A stretch of 64,000 nucleotides of DNA from Anthoceros angustus (taxonomy: Eukaryota > Plantae > Anthocerotophyta), in NCBI GenBank assembly GCA_010909165.1, contig MU008174.1, positions 310,001-374,000 of the forward strand. The letters are read 5' to 3'. This document shows positions 56,601 to 64,000 of the stretch, piece after piece. Numbering within the stretch: position 1 is the stretch's first letter; the number at the start of each line of letters is the position of its first letter. The notes under the pieces were generated by a model that did not search any database, was not told the origin of the DNA, and was given only the letters and a program-made list of their open reading frames with translations. Both the position numbers and the translations under genes were made by a program.

Positions 56601-57889
56601 TCCTGCACACCTCCACCAACACAAACGAATTCTCCTAGAGGCTCCCCAGCCTCAGGCCTCCGGCACAGGCCCGGGGGCCTGCCGTCACCCGGCCTCACAC
56701 CTCGACCGTAACTGGAAATCTTTCAATTCTCAGCCTCCATATTCGGCTCTCCAGCACCGCCTGTACTTCCAAATTCGTCTTCCTCGCATCTGCAACCAGG
56801 TCCGAGCTTGTCCCAAGCCTCAAACTAAGTTTGTGCGAAATTCAAAACTCCCCTTCCAGCAATTCTGATAGGCAGCGACGATCCTTCAGCCTCCATGCAA
56901 TTCGAGCAGCCGCAAATCCGAAGACTGACAGTTTCCTGCCGCTTTCAGCTCAGAGGCTGGAGCAGCGAGCTGCATGTCCAGGCAGGGGGCCAACGAAACC
57001 TTTGCGCACTGCAAGAGTGCAACATTGCGCCCAGGCTCGTCCCGGCAGAGGCCAGTGAACCGGCCCGACAGAGGACAGCTTGTAACCGACCTAGGACATC
57101 ATGGCGTTGCAGCCAATTCCGCAATCGGCCTGACACTCCCGCAGATGTACACTCTGAGACCCAAGCGGGCTGTGCGTTAAAAATTGGATTCAACCGTTCG
57201 TGATCGGCTGTTATAGCATCAGTCGTGGATTCAACTTTTCCGGCAGCTGCAGGACCGGACTGTTTAGGATCCACACTGAATCTCAAAGCCTTTTAATTTT
57301 CTTGTTATATATCTGGAAAACAACGTGTACCTACCCCTCTCGAATCAGGGCCACGTCAGGCTCCTGCCAACAGCGAGAATAGCGAAACAAGGTCTATCAC
57401 ACCAGCGGACAACATGGAGACCAATCAGGCTTCTCCGATGGCGAAGAATATGAAACATGGCAGGGTCTTAAAACACCGGAGGTGATCTTTATTTAAAAAA
57501 TAATAAAATAAGTATTTATAAAAAATCATTCTAAAAAAAAGGAGGAGAGTACACATTATCCGGGCCCATGATAGATGAGAAGGATTTATGAAGGCTACCC
57601 TTCAACAACATGGTAGGATCTATTAGAAGGATTTATGAAGGCCAAGGAAACCCATCGAGAAGGGTAAAACAGGGGATCTTTGATGTTGGATTGTCCATTC
57701 AATGAGGAGTTTAATAAAATTAAAGAAAATTTAATTATTATTATCCCTGAAGATCGGAGTCTCTTATTGGTGCATTGTGGACAATAAACAAGAAGTCCAA
57801 GCGTCCAATCAGGGTCTACCAACAACGCATACACGCATTGAAGTCTTTATTGGTGCATTGCAGACCATACAAGGAGGTCACACAAGTCT

Positions 57890-58172
57890 AATAACCCTAA
57901 GCCCTAAGTCACTTAACTCCACTTAAGTGCGAGATCCTTCCAAGGATCTAGCGAGCCACTTGATTGCAAGGGCTTCCCGGCATCTAGAACACTTCCCTTG
58001 GATACTACTATGGTATCGTGATGAAAACGATTAGTCTGATACCCTAAACCCTAGACCCTAAATCTTAAACCCTAAACTCTAAACCTTAAACCCAAAGTCT
58101 CGTGATGATGTTGAAATATAAAATCCAGAACGGATAAATTATTAAATCATAAACCCTAAATCCTCGACCCTA
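57890..58172. repeat. Degenerate interstitial telomere-like repeats (CCCTAAA)
   Basis: accctaaaccctagaccctaaatcttaaaccctaaactctaaaccttaaaccc at 58041-58093, plus scattered copies. Confidence 0.7.
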
Positions 58173-58814
58173 ATTGTTGAACTCGATATAACGGGGGTGG
58201 AAGAACTCATTTTATGGCCCGTTCTTTGAAGGAGTGTGGATAAAGGAGCTCACGTCGCAACCCTTTCACATGTACATAAGCAACGTGGTTGGAGTGCGGA
58301 TAAGCTGCAGCAATGGTATGATGGAATTTGAGCGTTTCGTTCCAACTTTGAAAATTACGTGCAGGTATTCAAAGTGGTCAGGATTATTTTGAGAATTTCA
58401 CAATGGAGAACCATTTGGCAAAAGACTACATATGGAACATTTTCTTCGGGGTTTTGTTGACCGATCTCCTTCGCAGAAAGTTGATGCATAGGTGTAAATA
58501 TGAATTTGGTTTGCTACGTTATCCATTCGTCCACAATTGATTTATTAATGCTACGTTATCCATTCGTTACCAGCCCACAATTAATTTATTGATCTACACT
58601 AGCAAATCTGCTCACCGAAGAGACTTACAAGAAACGCTTGAAATGATCACTTGGTTCACATTAACTTATCTGCTCTGAGTCAGTCCCCCAATAGAGGAGT
58701 AATGATATATTTCCAGGAAATGTAACAAGAAAATCACTTTGATCGGAGCTCATTGAATACCTTGCAAGATATAAAAATTTCAATTAAAATGTATCAATTT
58801 TCTTAGAGTAAGAC

Positions 58815-59275
58815 GTTGAGGTGCAAGGCTTTCTACAACTAAGAGAGACCTCGGGATACAAGACTTTTTACCTGTAGGTCTCTCAAAGTTTTTTTGGTGG
58901 ACACTTTATGTTTAAAAAAAAGTGATGAAAATTTCATCTTGGGCAAGACTTTTGACCTGTAGCTCTCTCACAGTTTTGGGTGTGAGACCTTGAGGTGCAA
59001 CGCTTTCTACAACTGAGAGAGACCTCGGGGTACAAGGCTTTTTTTTCCTGTAGCTCTCTCAAAGTTTTGGGTGTGAGACCTTGAGGTGCAAGGCTTTCTA
59101 CAACTGAGAGAGACCTCGGGGTACAAGGCTTTTTTTCCTGTAGCTCTCTCAAAGTTTTGGGTGTGAGACCTTGAGGTGCAAGACTTTCTACAACTGAGAG
59201 AGACCTCGGGGTACAAGACTTTTTTTCCTGTAGCTCTCTCAAAGTTTTGGGTGTGAGACCTTGAGGTGCAAGACG
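58815..59275. repeat. ~90-bp tandem repeat
   Basis: ttgaggtgcaaggctttctacaactgagagagacctcggggtacaag...gggtgtgagacc, three full copies plus partial ones. Confidence 0.88.
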
Positions 59276-60292
59276 TTCTGGCTACATTTCTCAGTAATGC
59301 CGAAACCTTGATTTATGGACTATAACGGCTCTGGCTGATGAACTTTGAATACTGCTACGAAATGTGGAAAAGGGTCCTGTTAATACCCACAGCAATGTGC
59401 CTTGAGCGATGAAAGCCGGCCCGCTCATTGCCCCAGCAATATCCTGAACACAGACCACCAGGCCTGAGAGATTGTGGTCTCCTCTGTATATGTCACTCCA
59501 CATCTCCAAACTGTTCGTTGCGTATGGCACGAACAATGATTTCTTTGGTGTATTTTCCATGATTCCTCGGTCATCAATTCCTCGAATATGTGTTGTGCTT
59601 GATCTCCAAGAGCTTCCTCGGCATTTCTTCATGCGCTAACATTGTACTTGCAGGAGTTGCTGATGCTGATGTTCTTGTGTACTGCTTCTGCGTTCTCACA
59701 GGAGCACTAGCATTACGCATGCATGTCCAGGATGCTGCAGGTGGCGGAGAACCTGGACTTGAATATGAGGTGCTGCTGATGCTCGCAGAGCCAAGGCAGG
59801 GGGCCCTGTTTACTGGTTGTGTTTCCCGATTATCACCTAATTACAGCCCTGATCACATGGTAACGGAGTATTCTGTGTGGGACAGTAGGTGGCCTAACAT
59901 CGCACAACGCGTCTTGAGGCAAGAGCGTGGAGAATCTGCTGCCTGCACATGCAGTCTGTCCAGTGTGAGCTTGGTATATCGAGGAGCGGAAAGAGCGCGT
60001 CCGTTTGGAGCCGGCTGCAAAGGGAGACTGCGTGAGCCGAATGGACAATGGACACATGAAAAGGACTCACCGGACCACAGCCTCAGAGAAGCCGAGACAC
60101 TGGGTAAGGCACTGCCGGCTTCCCAGCAATGCAGCATGGGGGTCGGCACACGTGCCGCCCCTTGGTTGTCGAGCTGCGAGGGTGTAGGCTGCAGATGCTG
60201 TGAGCTAGAGAGTTGTGTTGCCCTGCCGGCTCTTTTCTTTGGCAATTCTTCATCTTCCTTAGGTTGAGTGAAAGGCGGTAGAGAATGACGCA

Positions 60293-60974
60293 ATGGTGCA
60301 ACGTGTGCTGGAATTTGCAAGCAGAAGGCTGTCTGAGGAGACGTTGCTGCAGATGCAAGTGCTGCAGGGGGTGGGAGTGAAGGTGTCGCCGGAGGCTTTA
60401 GTCCCTGGCAGCGGCTCGGAGGAAGTTTACCAGTCCGCTGTACCAGGATTTCGGTCATCCTTCATCTTTCCTCTAGGGACTGCCCTTGTTTTGTTCGTCA
60501 TTTTCGGTATCAGTGCATTCTTTTCATGCTGCCATCACTGGGCGTGGCCCATGCGCAGCGGGTTGGTGCGGAGAACTGGCCAGCAGGACGGTGACACCCC
60601 GCCTCTTCTTCGAGCTCCGGCAAGTGAGATACAAGCACTGTACAGGGACTCCCCTTTCTTGTCCCGACAAGGCTCCTCGTGCAGGATGCAGGTGTGTGGT
60701 TGCAGCTGGTCATGTGAACCATCTCTTCATCTAGGTTCTTTCCGAAGATCTTGTGTGTGTGGTGGAAACGTTCCGTTCTCTTTTGTGCTGTTGAGAAGCG
60801 TTGGTTTGGCAATGCTGGCATTGTTCTGTGCAGGTGGAGAAGAGCTGCCCGGTGCTCATGCCTGGGGACGACGTCCCTCAGTATGTAGCCTGGCCCACAC
60901 CACTGTCTTTACACATGGCTCACTTGGAATCCCTGCACCCGACCAAGCTCGACTCGGCTGCATCCCACCACTAG
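60293..60974 (+). CDS. At5g65660-like small membrane protein (2 exons)
   Basis: FPLGTALVLFVIFGISAFFSCCHHW spliced to PVLMPGDDVPQYVAWPTP. Confidence 0.8.
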
Positions 60975-61448
60975 CATACCTGGTGATGCACAGTCTTACC
61001 AATCTGCATCTCCTTGCTCAAACTTCTTCATTGGGATGTTGAGCGTGCTACAGCTCCTTCCATGCAAGCACTGTCCGTGTCCTCAGAAGGAGCAAGACTC
61101 TTCCTTCCGCCCTCCCTCTTAACAGCCTGCAGATACAGGTTTATGATGCTGGACAGCCATTGCTACAAGCGGACCCATCTGGTTAGTAGTTGATGCCGAG
61201 GATTATCCTACCGCCCTTTAGCACCTGCAGCTTACGTACTACCATACTTCAAAAATACTTGCATGTGTACTGAGATGAGAAAGAAGCGTGGATGAGCTAC
61301 AGGGAACGGTGCTGAAATGGAAGCATCTCATTGGGCGGCTCTCACGTCACCGGATTTGTCGAGACAGCGTGGGTTCCGACCGTTGTATCGAGTCCAGGCT
61401 GCCTTCACCTCTGTCGGCATTTCCCCCTCCAATTGCTCGACGAGGGCG

Positions 61449-62413
61449 ATGGCTGTCTCCAGCCTGGGCCTGGCCCTGGGCTCATGCCGTTGCTCGGGGG
61501 GTGTGGGTTCTGTGTCCAGCTTCAGGTGCAGGGAGCTGCTGGATACCTGCCCATCGTCCCTGCCCTCGCTTTCGCTCGACAAGGCGGGCGGAGTGACAGC
61601 AACACCGACATGGAGGGCTTCCATGCTGATAAGGCCAGACTCTCTGGAGCACAGGATTGCTGCCACTCCGGTACATTCCAGGAGGGCTGTGTTGGGCCTG
61701 CTGGCTGCCGTCCTTTCTCCGCCTCTCGTCCCCCGGGCCTTTGCGGAGGAGGAAGAATTGAACGGTATTTCGTGCTACAATCGATTCCAGCTTCAGCGCT
61801 ACAATCTTGCAACATTCTGTAATTCGCACGACTGGCTCCTCAAGCCTTTCTGACTTGCCAGCTGCTGATCAGTGGTGTCCTGGAACTGTAGACTCGCAGA
61901 AGCTCTTCTCGCAGATGAAGCAGGTAGTGGAAGAGAGGGTTGCTGTGATAGAACGCGAAAAGGCAGCTGCTGCAGCGGCGGAGGAAGAATCCCCTGTACC
62001 TCCTGCGGCAGCTGAATCAGAATCCGTCTCCACCACTCAAGACCCGGAATCTTCCAGTCCTTCTGCCGCCCAAGCCCCAGACCCAGAACCTGAACCTGAA
62101 CAGGCAGCCAACTCTTCCCCAGAGGCAGAGGCCACGGCACCAGAGCCAGAACCTGCACAGGCAGCTTCCACTTCCCCAGAGCTAGAGCCAGAGCCAGAGC
62201 CAGAACCTGCACAGGCCGCTTACACTTCCCCAGAGCCAGAGCCAGAGCCAGAGCCAGAACCTGCACAGGCAGCTTACACTTCCCCAGAGCCAGAGCCAGA
62301 ACCTGCACAGGCCGCTTACACTTCCCCAGAGCCAGAGCCAGAGCCAGAACCTGCACAGGCCGCTTACACTTCCCCAGAGCCAGAGCCAGAACCTGCACAG
62401 GCCGCTTACACTT

Positions 62414-62469
<56 letters not shown>

Positions 62470-63102
62470 CAGAACCTGCACAGGCAGCTTACACTTCCCC
62501 AGAGCCAGAGGCTACGGCCCCAGAGCCAGAACCTGTCTCCTCATTTTCATCAGAGCCAGCAGAAAGTCCCTCTCCAGGTTCCTCAGAGCCCGAAACTCCA
62601 CCAGAACCAGCAGTCCCTGCTCTCCCTCCTATCCCCCTTCCCACTCCAGAGTCCCTCACCCAACTGGACGCAACTCTACCGTCCCTGTTGGAGGCGATCA
62701 CTCCGGAAGCATCTCCAGAAGCAGTACAGGCTGTGGAGGTATGAACTGTAGCTGGTTACACTGTACAGTGCCTCCTTCCTTTCGTTCCAGGTCTCGACAT
62801 TGATGTCGCTTAGCTGTGGTTTTATCATTTTGTCCAGGCAGTGGAGGGAAACGTGAATCCCTTTCTCCCTCTGTTCGGCATCGCTGGAACTGCATGGCTT
62901 ACCACCATCTACGGTCTCAATGAGCTCACTGCCGGCACCAAGGTAAGATCTCCATTCCACCCTCCCGCTGTGGTTTTGCCGTAGTACATGTGACCTTACC
63001 GATGCCCATTCCCTTCAACAGTCTCTGGAAAACCCAACTACCTCCGCCGACGAGTCCCAAGATGGAGCAATCAATGGGAAGCCAACCAAATCTGATGAGT
63101 GA
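61449..63102 (+). CDS. Chloroplast thylakoid protein with Tat signal, Pro/Glu repeat and C-terminal TM; frameshift at ~62415
   Basis: Ser-rich transit peptide, SRRAVLGLL...AFA cleavage site, (PEPEPEPAQAAYTS)n, then NPFLPLFGIAGTAWLTTIYGL. Confidence 0.6.
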
Positions 63103-63149
63103 AGCCTTCAAGTGAAGGCGTCTAGTAGGGTGGTTTGTAGTTGTTAGCA

Positions 63150-63460
63150 AGTAGGTAACCCGGTGTGTTTCCTCCAGAGCTACACTTTCCTCTGGCTACA
63201 AATTCCTCTTGCCGGTGGGATGGGAATTGAGTAGGTACCCACACAGAGTTAAAATCACGTCTTTTCAATTTTAAAATATTAAAATAGCCCTGTATTTTGT
63301 GGTCATTTACGTTATGTATGCCATTGTAAACATGATATGAACGTCGATAAGTTGAACCTTGACACCCACAAAATAGAGGTGAAGTAATCCCTCTAGCGCA
63401 AACATAGTAACGCGACACACCCGCACTAGTACCTCCAAGTAGAAGAACCTCCAAGTAGAA
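63150..63460 (-). mobile_element. Possible degenerate CACTA transposase fragment
   Basis: SPLFCGCQGST...NGIHNVND...YF weakly resembles the N-terminal region of En/Spm transposases; AT-rich context. Confidence 0.3.
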
Positions 63461-64000
63461 GAAGAAGAATAATAAGAATTTTATTTAAGTAGACTGCAGT
63501 CCTTCGACCACAAACCACCACCCTGTCACACCCGCACTCGTGCCTCCTATGTAGCCTGCAGTCCTTAGACGACATACCACCACCTTGTTGGTGCTCTACT
63601 ATAGACCTCCAAGTAGCTCGGAGTCCTTATGTTGGGTTCCCATGTAACCCGAACCCAGAAAAACTTGTGTCACATCACACAAACGACAAGGCACATTTAA
63701 GGTGGTCGGCAGGGTTGATCCCCCTGGGTCGGAGAGTTTGAGTGGGTTTGTTTTTAGGTATATTGGATTTCTCTAACCCAGATCATGCATATCTTGGTAA
63801 AGTCCGTTGTAAGCAACATAAGAGTGAGATCAAAGAGTTCTAATAACATGTATACACCTAACTCCAGTACTTAGCCCTCTCAGCGTGACTTGTGTGTCAC
63901 ATCCTGAATGATCCTTATTGTCAAATTCGTGCACGTTCGCATAGTGTGAAATGTTCTTGCCTTACAAATATAGTTTTGTATCATGCATCCAACTAAATGC

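Noticed and set aside
58815-59275. CRISPR-like regular repeats (also 43605-44250 and 27360-27460)
   Set aside because: Units are head-to-tail with no unique spacers, no cas genes are present, and the context is eukaryotic.
59590-60267. 225-aa ORF and its antisense ORFs
   Set aside because: Non-ATG start and no motifs; more likely the 5' leader of the downstream gene.

Overview
Eukaryotic, gene-dense land-plant DNA with short (~60-100 bp) GT-AG introns. This fits a compact lycophyte such as Selaginella (inference). Host genes, in order: the 3' part of VPS13 (+), an AT-rich hinderin/KIAA1328-like gene (-), a CBC/MRK1-type Raf-like kinase (-), a DAA1-type AAA ATPase (+), intronless OEP21 (-), DRG GTPase (-), a Myosin-TH1 protein (+), BIN4 (-), an unknown gene (+), an RNF216-like RBR ligase (-), an At5g65660-like protein (+) and a Tat-targeted Pro/Glu-repeat thylakoid protein (+). 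Transposon islands lie at ~23.6-38.5 kb, ~43.5-48.1 kb and ~57.5-59.3 kb. There are two main highlights. (1) A decayed LTR retrotransposon whose single reading frame runs Gag zinc knuckle > aspartic protease > C5 cytosine DNA methyltransferase motifs I-IV. (2) A spliced 63-aa PIGBOS1-like micropeptide ORF, missed by the ORF track, that ends only 66 nt upstream of the BIN4 start codon, suggesting a bicistronic mRNA. All family assignments come from motif recognition by eye; no searches were run.
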